A stretch of DNA of 64,000 bases. It comes from Adineta vaga (lineage: Eukaryota; Animalia; Rotifera). The stretch is taken from NCBI GenBank assembly GCA_021613535.1, contig CP075496.1, forward strand, positions 496,001-560,000, given 5' to 3'. Each line of letters begins with the position of its first letter. Positions within the stretch are counted from its first letter, which is position 1. The notes under the pieces are model-generated. The model was not told the origin of the DNA. It worked only from the letters and a program-made list of their open reading frames with translations, and searched no databases. A program made the translations under genes and the position numbers. Below are positions 52,718-64,000 of the stretch, piece by piece.

Positions 52718-54628
52718 ATGTTTTGGATTATTTTCATATTTTCTTTGTTTTCGACAATTGATTCAATTCGTATTGGTAAAATAGAAGATCGTATTATGAT
52801 TGGTATTATATCAAATAATTTCTTATTTAATATAAGTAAAATTGAATGTATTTGTCAAATGATGAAACTAAATGGAACAATAATTGCTTTAAATTATTTT
52901 CAAATCAATAATACTTGTCAATTATTTATTTCAAATAATAATTCATTTTTAATTCAATATAATTCAAATTCTTCTTTTATATTTATTAATCAATCATCAA
53001 TTTCAATTACAGTTAGTCAAACAAATGGTAAATTATGAAGTTTTTATCCCTTATTAATTCTCTTTCTCTTCGTTTTATAGTTATATGCAATGTTACCTGT
53101 CAGAATAATGGTACTTGTTCTTCTAATGTATGTATTTGCACTTCGCAATGGTTAGTTGATGATGAATTTTATAAATACCATTCTCAACGTTATTATTTCT
53201 TAGGACTGGGACACAATGTGAAATACCTATCTGTTCAACTCCATGTGCAAACTCGGGAATTTGTACTTCTCCAAATGTTTGTACATGTTATTATGGTTGG
53301 CAAGGTTCTTATTGTCAAACTGGTATGTTAAATATATGTCATTGAACTTTACCAGATTTTATTCATTTTCTAATGTAGTAAAGACTGTTTTATGGTCATT
53401 TGATAATACGTTAGACGATGCAACTAGTCAATTTCATGGTATTAGTTCTAATTCTCCTACTTATACGACAGGAATCAATGGATATGGTTCAGCATTGGTT
53501 TTAAATGGTAATATTAATCAATGTGTTATTGTTTATCCATATTTGAATATGAGTTATATAAGTTTTACATGGCAATTCTGGATTTATCCAACAGTTACAC
53601 CCACAGGTGATAGTATGTTCATTGGTCAGTGTAGTCAACCTACTTCTGATCAATGTTTATTATTTATGACAAGGAATGATATAATGTTGTTTGCATTTTG
53701 GGGTGATGATATTGTTGGTTCGAAAAATATTTCTGCAAATAAATGGGCACATATGACATTTGTTTATGATTACTCATTAAATAAAAAATTTATCTATCTT
53801 AATGGTATTTTAGAAGCTAGTTCAAATTCAATTGGACCTCTTCAAGTAAACTCTACTAATATGACGTTTGGATGTTCAACTATAAATGGTGGGAGTTCTT
53901 ATGCAAGTGCTTTCATTGGATATATAGATCAAATGTTATTTAATTCTCGAGTAAAAAATACCAGTGAAATTCTTGATGATGCAACATTAGTCTTTTATTA
54001 TCGTTTTCTTTCTACCTCACCATTGTTTGATTCTGGTCCTAATTATATCAATGGAAGTTTTGGTGGTAATACTACGTTAGTAACTTCAGGCATTGTTAAT
54101 CAAGGAATCAATTTTCCTGTAAATCGATCTTATTTTCAAATTACGAAACTTGTTCTTTTAGGTACACCAAATTGGCCTTTCTCTTTATCTCTTTGGTTTA
54201 AAACGAATTCATTGAAAGGTGGTGGTACTATTGCTCATCTTTCCAGCGATACATCAGGTACTGGTTGGTGCATTCGATTTATTGGATTATCAGCAAATGG
54301 AACAATTCAAGTACAAATCTATGGTGGTACGAATACTGTCATAAATGGTCCAGTGATGCCTGTTGGTGTCTGGACTCACGTTGTCTATACATTCTCCACT
54401 ACAAATGGAATTAGATTGTTTGTAAACGGAACCTTTGCTAATTCATTTATGACATCGTATTCAGCTAGTAATTCCCCAGTGACACTTACCTTTGGAAATC
54501 CACTATTGGGCACTTCTTGTGGATCTTCATTTCCTAATCAACAATTCTATGGTAGTATTGATGAAGTTCGATTATATTCACGTGAATTGACAACAAACGA
54601 AGTTTTACAATTATATATCAATCCATAA
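52718..54628 (+). CDS. Secreted protein with EGF-like repeats and two LamG/concanavalin-like domains
   Basis: Signal peptide; CQNNGTC and CANSGIC EGF exons; large last exon from 53379 with WAHMTFVYD...IYLNG...GYIDQ and WTHVVYTFS...LFVNG...GSIDEVRLYSRELT. Confidence 0.85.
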
Positions 54629-55170
54629 TTTTGGATAGTGACGAATAAAGACGGTGTAAAAATAAAATACTCATCCTCATCTTTCTTCTTGTTTTTTATT
54701 CTTAAATAAATAACGCTCATCGAGACGACTCACTTAGCATTCAACTAATTATTGGGAGCACACACTTCGTAGCTGATCGTCGACATCCCCACGGTACACT
54801 ACTCCAGATTGCTCGTTCCTAAGTATTCTATCTTGAGAGTATGGATGTAAATATTACTTTGTATTCACATATCACACACCCTCAAGATATTATTTTAATT
54901 TTATCAGATCACATTATTAATCTTTCTGAAATATGATTGTTGGCTATTCATTATTAATTAAGATTAATTAAAACGTTTGTTTATCTTCTTAAATTTCGGT
55001 AATCAAACTCTTTAAAACAGAAAAGAAAAAAGGACATGACATTGACATCGGAAATAATGTAGTTTCATCCTCTTCAATAAACTATGAGTTCTTACAAAGA
55101 AAACGTGCCTTTTGGAATAATGTTGATAACAAATCTATCAACAACATAAGGAAAAATTGTATTGATCTCA

Positions 55171-55662
55171 ATGACAGAAGGAAGAATAAATCAAATTCTT
55201 TTCTGGATTATTTTATGTATATTAATTTGGCCCATATCAATGATTTTCTTAGGTATTCGCTATCGAAATGAGTGTTCTGATCAACCTCAATTATCATTTT
55301 ACCTTCTAATATTTGGTTCAATTTGGATAATTCTATTTCTTCTAAGTATTTTTCGTTATTACTTTATTCATCGTTACATCGATCTATTAATATTAATTAT
55401 TTGGCTTTTACTTTTATTATTGATTATACCTGGTTATATTTATATTTTTCATTTACGTAGTATAATTAAACTACTTGATTATTATCCAGATGAAATTTGT
55501 GAAAAGAATTTCTATTATTATTCATCAATACTAATTATTCTTGTTCATATTCCACTTTATATATTTCTATGGATTTCATGGTCATTGACACATTTAAATA
55601 ATTTAATTCAAGATCGTCAGAGATCTATTCGCATATTCACAATAACACCGATGCAATTTTAG
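55171..55662 (+). CDS. Four-TM membrane protein, TMEM272-like
   Basis: Four hydrophobic segments; GIRYRNECSDQPQLSFYLLIFG and CEKNFY motifs. An upstream in-frame ATG at 55084 is blocked by TAA at 55147. Confidence 0.65.
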   Translation: MTEGRINQILFWIILCILIWPISMIFLGIRYRNECSDQPQLSFYLLIFGSIWIILFLLSIFRYYFIHRYIDLLILIIWLLLLLLIIPGYIYIFHLRSIIKLLDYYPDEICEKNFYYYSSILIILVHIPLYIFLWISWSLTHLNNLIQDRQRSIRIFTITPMQF

Positions 55663-57424
55663 AAAGAGTTCAATCGAACTCGTTAAAATATATCAAGATC
55701 AAATTTTATAATCTCATTAATTATAGAAAATCAATGAAGACGATGTGAATTGCTTAACACCAAGTGAAGTTATAGATGACTTATATGAACATATTCCAAG
55801 AGGAAAACGACAGAATTCTATGTAATCCGAAAATGAAAAATTTGTTGTGAAAATCAGTAAAATTTCGAAATCCTCAAAGTCTCATTAAAATCTAAAGGAA
55901 TATATAGAGATTGTATGAAATATGGATGTCATAAATTGATATATTTTGATATGTATTCTAGCTGGAAATAAAGAGACATACCAAAGGATCAGGGTATAAA
56001 TTTATCTTCTCTACAATAACAAACTTTACGCACTTTCCCATTCCATATCTAACCTCATCCTCACTCTGAAATTTAGTCAGTGATATTTCAGATTAAAAAA
56101 ATTAACGTCTCAATAAAATTCTTACGTAATCAGTAAGCATGATGACTTTTGTCTGGCAGAACCAATCGTTCATCAAAATGTAAGTTATCAATAGTTATGG
56201 AAGGAAGTGATATTGACTGAAGACAAGTTTAAATACTACTACGCAGTGAAACATCAGAGTAAGGACTCCACTCTTTAGGTTGGGAGTCATTCCATGGATT
56301 TGTATTTGATTTTCACATCCATTCAATATAATACTGATGAGGAAAAGTATTGCGCGTCATTGTTCTGCTTTCAATGCAATTTTCCTCTCGTATGCAGGCT
56401 TGTTGTCTATCTTGCTTCCCTCTTCTTCTATTTATACATGCCTATTCAAAGTGACGATTTTATATTCAGAAAATCGTATAAATATAATTGTTAATGGAAT
56501 AAGAGTGGTTACAATTGATGATCTAGAATGTGTGGTGCTGAATATATATATATATAGGTATCCATTCTTGTCACACACTCACAGCAAATCTCATCATCAA
56601 AATATGGATAATTAGTTAACCAAGAATAATTTATATTCTTTAAGTGAGTTCATACAATTTGATAAAAAGGAAATAATTAAACGTGATAATGCTAATATAA
56701 TCAATGAAATTGTCTTGTATTAATAATGATAATATCAACTGTTAAGATAAGATTAAGTGAAAAGTATTTACAAATCTATTATAAATTTCTGTTCGATATC
56801 TAAATCTCACTATAATACATCATGTTCTTTACTTCTTTTCTCTCCAATATCATCAATCAGACAACGATGAATTGGATTATGAAGAATCGATGCAGTAATT
56901 AATATTAAAAATTTAGCAAATTGTCGATTTTTTGTTTTATCAAAGTGAACACTGAGAAAAACAGTAAGTAGAAAAAAAGATTAATATATTGAAAATAATT
57001 TTACCATATACATATGTTACACATTCATTTAATATGTTAGATTTACTCTTTTGAAAATAAATAGCATTTAACCATCATCATATACTTCACACACCAGTTA
57101 TCAATAAAGTGAGAAAGTGTTTTCGGTCCAGAAACGAATCGGAACTGATCAATATTGAAAGAGTATTCTGTTCATTTCTTCTTTCTATCCATTCCTTTAT
57201 AGAGTAACAAACTAAATATACAAAAACATTTCACTAAATGATCTCAAAAGCTTCTTATTTTTGGAATATAAAAGAAAAATATTGTATTTATAATTTATAA
57301 TAATATTAAAACAATGTTAGTCTTTCTAAATTCTAGTGAATGGAAATGAAATGTAAGTAAAAATTATTTTATGCTAGCATCAATGAATCTAAAACTGTCT
57401 TTAGAAGAAAGTTTAATGAAGTAT

Positions 57425-57860
57425 TCAACATAATGGCAAGACATTGCCATTAAATGCACCGGCAAAATCTCCTCCTGGAAAATAGTTCCCAACCACATAT
57501 AAATTGTTAGTTTTGGACATTGCTCTACCAATACCCAAAGTTTTTGTATTTTTCCAAACTACTTGAGTGAAATGCCCAGTAGCATATGAAAATCCTGGGT
57601 TTGTCCAATTGTATTTAGCAATTTCACTATACCAACCTGTAACTGCTTTACCACCTGAACGAATAAAAAAAAGAATAAAAATTTGGATGAGAAAAATCAG
57701 AGTAATAACACGACTTACCTTTGCTATATAATAAGGTTGAGGGTGGACCGACTGCAAACAAATTCTCTCCCATCCATTCTCCATTCAGTCTATTTCCACT
57801 ATGTTGAAATAAACCAGTAGCAGCCAGTTTTCTGCATACACTTGTGCTATATCATTTAAA
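57425..57860 (-). pseudogene. CAP/SCP (GAPR-1/GLIPR2-like) gene, 5'-truncated and frameshifted
   Basis: FQHS, GENL, WYSEIAKYNW, TGHFTQVVWK, YVVGNYFPGG; 1-nt deletion near 57830 (YAEN/KLA); N-terminal helix missing. Confidence 0.75.
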
Positions 57861-58453
57861 AACAAAAAACTTACGCTTTTTTATTCATCGAGAGAGAGAG
57901 TATATAGCTAAGAAAAAACGGTTATATCTTTTCTATATAAGAATAACCAGCTACTTTTTTCTTTTTAATATATATGTCTTTTGGACTTCTGCTTGTTAGG
58001 CGAGATATAGTTGAAGGATGTCTTTTGGTAATACTAAATATCTGCTGAAGCGATGAATATAGCGAATGCGTCCGGCCTTTTAAAAATGCATTTCGTCTGG
58101 ACTTTGTGGGGGTGAAGCATTTGTGCTTGAAGTGAAACAGTTTCCCTCTTTCTGAGGATATGGTCCAGCCCTCGTCAAGTCGTGTTTTATAACCTTTATC
58201 TAGTTCTTCAGATTATTTTTTAAGAACAAGCACTTGTTAGTCAACTCAAAATTCTCTTCCTCACCAACTAAAAAATTTAGCCGACACATTTTTTCTAAAC
58301 TTTTAATAAAGAAGTTTTATTTTAAAGAATGACAGAAACATCCGATAATGCTAATATGGCAAGAAAAGAACGTTCATTTCAGGAACATTATAATCTTGCA
58401 ATTAAAAACAGATTTTTCTCTTAATTGCGCATGAAGAAATAAAAATAGTACCA

Positions 58454-59323
58454 TTGACATATTCACATTTAGTCCTTTTTACTAAAAAAAATCTTCGAAA
58501 AAATCCATGTACAATATATCTCATCGCGTATAATGTTAGTAATTTTCTTACAATATATGCATCAATATTAATTAAATTATTATATAGTGGCTATAATATA
58601 ACTCCTGATTCATATAATTTGCATTTCTGTCATTTTCGTTATTATTTGATTATGGTATTTGATGTATTGAGTCCATTGTATTTAATCTTGGCTTCTATCG
58701 ATCGAATTTACATTACGTCATTAAATGCACTGACAAGACAACGAAGTACTCCTCGCCTTGCATATTTTTGTATTATAAGTACAACACTATTTTGTCTACT
58801 CTTTCATAGTCATACATTATTTTTAACCGAGATTTTTGAAGCTGCACCAGCTTATATTATTTGTTATTTTCAACTTGACACTTATTTAACATTTATTGGC
58901 TACTATTTAATTCTAATTCGAGGTATTTTGATTCCTTTAATACTGATTATCTTAGCTATATGGACGGTGAGAAATGTTCAAAATATAGGTCGTGTAATTC
59001 CTCTGCCAACTTCTGGCACAAATGGAAATCAAGTTACAGGTCATATACATTCGTCTAAATCAAAAGATCGCCAATTGATTCGCATTCTACTTTGTAATGT
59101 TATTATTTATATCATATTCAGTACGATGATATCTGTTGTTCTTATTGTTCAACAAGTGAGACAATCTGAAAATAAAAGTCTTGCTCTAGTTCGATTACAA
59201 TCTCTTCTTGTTAGTGTTGGCATGTTTAGTGCTTATATACCATTTTGTATTGACTGTTATATCAATTTATTAATATCAAAAACATTTCGAAATGAAATGA
59301 AGAAAATCTTTAAGAACAATTGA
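58454..59323 (+). CDS. Rhodopsin-class orphan GPCR, intronless, TM1 apparently missing (possibly truncated)
   Basis: KNLRKNPCTIYL, CHFRYY, LILASIDR, KDRQLIRILL, YINLLISKTFRNE; no ATG or complete TM1 upstream. Confidence 0.7.
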   Translation: MTYSHLVLFTKKNLRKNPCTIYLIAYNVSNFLTIYASILIKLLYSGYNITPDSYNLHFCHFRYYLIMVFDVLSPLYLILASIDRIYITSLNALTRQRSTPRLAYFCIISTTLFCLLFHSHTLFLTEIFEAAPAYIICYFQLDTYLTFIGYYLILIRGILIPLILIILAIWTVRNVQNIGRVIPLPTSGTNGNQVTGHIHSSKSKDRQLIRILLCNVIIYIIFSTMISVVLIVQQVRQSENKSLALVRLQSLLVSVGMFSAYIPFCIDCYINLLISKTFRNEMKKIFKNN

Positions 59324-59360
59324 ATTTTTCTATAGTTTTTAAATGTATTGTCATACGTAT

Positions 59361-61010
59361 TTAATCCTAGAACTACCAACCATAGGATCCAAATGGACTG
59401 TTTTTTAAAACCAAGAAAAGACTATGAAATCTTTCTTTTTCATGGACGAAAGTATGAAAGACATTATGAATGATATAAAATTGTCTTATATGAAAGAAAT
59501 ACATATTTTCCTTTCTTATCTTCTGTACTTATGAATGAATCAAACATTTTCGATCACCATTCTCTAGTTTTTTTCATGACGTTAGTGACATACTCTTTCT
59601 TCCATGACTCAAGTGTGTTCTATGGCGTTCTTCTTACGTCATTTTATTTCTGAATTTTCCATTCTTTCCTTCGGATTCATATAAAATACGAACAAAAATA
59701 CAGAGAATCATAACAGAAAATAATTGAAGAAGAAAACAATGAAAGATTTTACCAGGGAAACTTCCTTTAGTTCCAGATCCGGGATGACCTGGTCGTCAAT
59801 TCCATCTCATCCAAGCAAAACAAAATTTTCTACTGCCGTTGCTGAGAAGTCTGGACTTACAGAATTTACTAAAAACATAACCTCTATTGAGGACGCCTTT
59901 TTGTGTTTCATATCGGAGGAAATGCTGAACAAGATAATGGTTTATTCAAATATGCAAGGAGATCGTAATAAAGCTTCTGATGGTGAATGGGAATGTGATA
60001 ACACTAATTGAACTCAAAGCGTTTATTGGACTCTTATTATTGACTGGATTAATGGGAAAATCAAAGAAAAGCTACAACCCTGGATTGTATGTTACAATTG
60101 ACGAACAGCTTTTTGGGATTTCGAGGGAAGTGTCCATTTCGTCAATATATCCCATCAAAACCGGATAAATATGGGATTAAACTCTAGTTCTGTGTCGATG
60201 TCGATTCTTACTATATATTCGATGCATTTCATCCTTATATCGGACGACAACCTAATTTTAGAACTGATGAAACCAATGTACGGCTCGAATAGAAATGTTA
60301 CAATCGATAATTTCTTTACCAGTATTCAATTAGCGAAAGAATTACACACAAAGAAACTTACTTTGGTAGAAACTTTGAGAAAAAATAAACCTGAGATTCC
60401 TATCGAGTTTCAACCAAATAAAAATCGGGACGTTGGTTCATCGGTATTCGGTTTTAGCGACAATCTAACGCTGGTGTCATATGTTCCAAAACAAAATAAA
60501 GCTGTCCTACTACTCCCTTCTATGCATCATGATAAAAAAGTAGATATCGAAACTGGAAAACCGAATATTGTTCTGGACTATAATAAAACCAAAGGAGCTA
60601 TTGACACCATTGACCAGATGTGTCACAAGACGATGGCCACTGTGTGTTTTTTATGGAATGATTGATACTGCTGCTATCAATGCGATGATCATAAGGAAAA
60701 AGAAAATCCAAATTGGAATGCGAATAAAAAATACAAGCGCCGTCTATTTCCGTAAGAGTTAGGAACACTTCTGACGTTCCATCTTTTAGATTTTCGCTCA
60801 AAAAACTCAATAACATTACACAAAGGTATCTAAAATGCACTAGCTCTATTTGTTTATCCACGCATAGAAACGGAATTAGAAACATTTACTACAGATTCCG
60901 TAAGATCCAAAAGAAAACGATGTTCATTTTGCGATTATTCAAGTGATAGAAAAGTTTCGAACACCTGCTACAAATGTTCAGAGCCTATATGCAAACAACA
61001 TAGTGTGAAA
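59361..61010 (+). mobile_element. Decayed piggyBac transposon (PGBD4-like transposase pseudogene)
   Basis: TTAA-TCCTAGAACTACC left end; frameshifted ELKAFIGLL, VTIDEQL, KPDKYG, RNVTIDNFFTS, DYNKTKGAIDTIDQM and C-terminal RKRCSFC...CYKCSEPICKQH. Confidence 0.9.
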
Positions 61011-62015
61011 CAGAGCCCGAAACGAGACAACATTTCGTCAACTCGACTCGCCTCACTTCGTCAATATTTTGAAAGAGTCTGCTTCGCTTCGGTTTTGAAA
61101 GTGTAGTATAAAACGGTTGTAAGAGGCCCGTGGATGTTTGCAGTTTGTTCTAATTTTTTCGGGTAAATAATCTATTATACATTAGATTACATTGTCATTG
61201 TTCTATCTGAAAAACCACTTTTTTTTGTACTCAAACAAAACTGCTTAGAAATTGATGACAGATATAGGTAAATTTATATTGTCATTTTTAATTCGCCACA
61301 GTAACGGTGTTTTTAATATCTATTGAAGATTCGAGTATAGACCACCGTGATAAGACGGTCTATCTGATAATACTAATACTAACTCCACTTTCTAAAGGTA
61401 TAGAAATACATGAAATTGCAAAATATCGCCACAGTATTTGAGAAAGACTGTCTGTAGTCTAATTTAAAAGAGATATTAAGAACTATCTTTTTTTACAGAC
61501 CATCTGAATACGCTCTAAAACAAACTCCTGTTTTATGAAACTTCATAAGAAGATTCAACAGCTATCAAAAACTCGAAACATGTTGAAGATCAAACATACA
61601 ATAAGAATTTCTACAAAACTCTTTGAAGACCTTTCCATGTGTGGAAAGATTTTCTCGTACAAAATCTTTGGAGTTTCATACTAAAATCCGCTGGTTTCGT
61701 GAAATTTTTAACTGTTTTATGGAAGTCTTGAATACGTTAGGACACTTTAGCAGCTACTGAACAGTTATGGATTTCTGAGATACGCGAAGTTTTTCAAAAT
61801 GTGGCAATTCAAAAACTGCTTTTCAACCAAATTAACGAAAAAAATAGAAATCAGTTCAAGATTAAACGGAAAAAAGCAAACAAAATTCGCTCATTTCATT
61901 GATGTCTTCTTCAATTTTGACTAATAGAATTAAATAGGTAGTGAAAATTTCATTTATAGAGATATTTCTAAAAACCGAGGTGAGCACTACTCTCCTCGGT
62001 TCGCTTCGGGCTCTG
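61011..62015. mobile_element. ~1-kb non-autonomous TIR element, hAT-like ends
   Basis: Left CAGAGCCCGAAACGA, right TCGCTTCGGGCTCTG (14/15 inverted match); subterminal CTCG/TTCG repeats; no ORF. Confidence 0.75.
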
Positions 62016-63335
62016 AAAGAAACTAATAAGACAACAATTGTATATAATAATTAATCTAAGAGAAACAAAGCAAACACTAAAAGCAACTTTAGCGGTCGGC
62101 AAGGTGGTAAAGAATAGCGAGATAGAAGGATGGGTTCACTAAATTGTCTTGCAGTTATAAGAGGAATAAATATTATAGCTTGTCGGATGCTAGTTGCTGG
62201 AGTCGTTCTAGTGTTTTCCATGATGGCATGGTAAGCGTAATCTTTTCTTTTCTAAACGAAAGTATAATATATTTGTAGTAAACTAATCAGTACAATTATT
62301 ATTCCTAATAACATTGTAGTAAAAGAGGGTGTTGAATGGGTTTTAAAATGTCCCCATAAGAGAATTTCGGGAGGTTTAGTTGTGTTAGTAATAAAATTGA
62401 TTATTATATGGAATAAACTATATTTAGAAACGCAATTGCGTTGTTGTCTATGGTTCTGACGTTTTTTCTTCGTTGTAGCAACCTTTGCATGTAATTATTA
62501 ATACTTATATTATAATCTTCCACTAAAAAACATGGTTTATTCCGAACTATCTTACAGAAAAATCAAGTCGTTTTTTTCAAATTACACGGCTTCAGCATAG
62601 GGTTGTGTATTCCTTATTTGGATAAAGCTCCTGGAAGAGTTCGTGCGACACCGACACATGCGAAAAATACCTATACCTTCCACAGTCGCTGGTTAAGCGA
62701 GACGAAGCGACGAACGTTACTTGTCGAAATAAATGATAATGACATTGACGAGAAGAAAAACAAGTTTTTAGCGAAGAGCGACAGTATATGATAAGTAATT
62801 TGGGATGGTTGAGATATGTTCTGTGAATACGATAGTCACATATTCGATTGTTTGGATTTGTTTCGAATTCTAAATGAACACAAATCTCAATGATGTTGAT
62901 TTATCAAATTGATCATATTCATTGGTTTATGATTTAATCCCACAGATTTGAAGTGATTCAATATCTGGAAGAAAACGAATTAAACATTGATTTAAATGAG
63001 AAGAAATATTTGAATCTGTCTGAGAGAAAATTCTTATTCGTTTGATTGTTGTTCATTGTTTTGACTAGTTTGAGAAACTTGAGTTTTGTCTTCATCCGAT
63101 AGAGAATCATGCATAGTAACAATATGATAGGAATCGAATACATAGATTTGACATAATATCAGTTTGAGAAAAGAACTTCAACGTGTTAATTTTTAGTATT
63201 TTGATGAATGTCAAATGAATTGTTCAACAAATTTTATCTTTTTTGATTCAATTCTTTTAACAATTAAAAGCTTAATTTAAAGCAGAACTTGACTTAGTTA
63301 GATTTATTTAAAAGAGAGATAAAAACAAAACCAGA

Positions 63336-64000
63336 TCAATGATTTTGATCATGTCCATTAGTGGAATTGTAGAGTTGTTCTTTGATAGCATTTGTAAGAA
63401 GAAGAATAGCTTGATCTATTTCATCATCTGTTGTCATATAACATGTGCTCAATCGAACTGTACCACGTGCTAATTCCCATGATAAACCTGTTATAAATAG
63501 AATCAATAGAGAAGAATTTTCGTAAAGAAAACTTTTTTCTTACCAATAGCTTGAAGTGTTGTTGACATTGTTTGATATTTTGTATCTTCATGACAAGCAC
63601 TACCAGTTGAAAAAGCTAAACGATCACCTAATTGATTAACTAATTGTTTAGCATTTATTCCACGAAAAGATAAACTTAATGTATTTGGTAAAGAATAGAA
63701 TTCATCACTATTTCGAACAATAAAATCTTGATTTTCATCTTTAAATTGTTTAATTAATCCTTGATAAAGTCGATCACGTGTTCTTTTCATTTGTTCAATT
63801 CTTTTATTTAATGAAGATTTATTTGAAATTAATTGACAAGCTCTTCCTAATCCAATAATAGCTAAAACATTTTCTGTTCCAGGTCGAAGACCTTGCTCAT
63901 GTTGAGCACCATAAAGAATTGGTTCTAATTGAATACCTTCACGAATATAAAGTGCACCAATACCTTTTGGACCATGAAATTTATGTGAGCAAATGGTTAA
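63336..64000 (-). CDS. PLP-dependent cysteine desulfurase / selenocysteine lyase family (3' part; runs off window)
   Basis: SHKFHGPKGIGALYIR, HEQGLRPGTEN, LPNTLSLSF, STGSACH, ARGTVRLS; one intron at ~63490-63543; stop at 63336. Confidence 0.9.

Noticed and set aside
58040-58105. CTGAAG...CGAA followed by a hairpin, superficially like a Penelope hammerhead
   Set aside because: Core lacks CUGANGA and GAAA; only a weak hairpin remains.
1-64000. CRISPR arrays, tRNA/rRNA genes, prokaryotic operons, alternative genetic code
   Set aside because: No repeat-spacer arrays or RNA gene signatures seen by eye; conserved genes are spliced and end in TAA, TAG and TGA, so the code is standard.

Overview
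Very AT-rich eukaryotic genomic DNA in the standard genetic code, with many short introns (about 50-60 nt). The gene families present (F-box/LRR, BTB-TLDc, EGF-LamG, intronless orphan GPCR) and the intron style suggest a bdelloid rotifer (Rotaria/Adineta-like); this is an inference. Recognisable genes: queuosine salvage nucleosidase QNG1, an HCN channel, TM2D2 (plus a decayed tandem copy), a ZFHX/zfh2 four-homeodomain factor, TTLL10, PPWD1, WDR12, an ABHD6-like hydrolase and the 3' part of a NifS/SCLY-type desulfurase. Lineage-specific genes, pseudogenes, a decayed piggyBac and several MITEs lie between them. Most notable observations: (1) an in-frame TAG inside TTLL10 followed by about 197 further spliced codons (readthrough or an unusual retained intron); (2) an unannotated three-exon, about 80-aa helical microprotein family in three copies, each tail-to-tail with QNG1 or a QNG1 relic; (3) a TM2D2 duplicate with near-identical exons, diverged introns and a microhomology-bounded deletion of the DRF motif; (4) a candidate 15-nt HCN microexon in the S4-S5 linker; (5) an ATG split by an intron. 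All exon boundaries were derived by hand, and no database searches were run.
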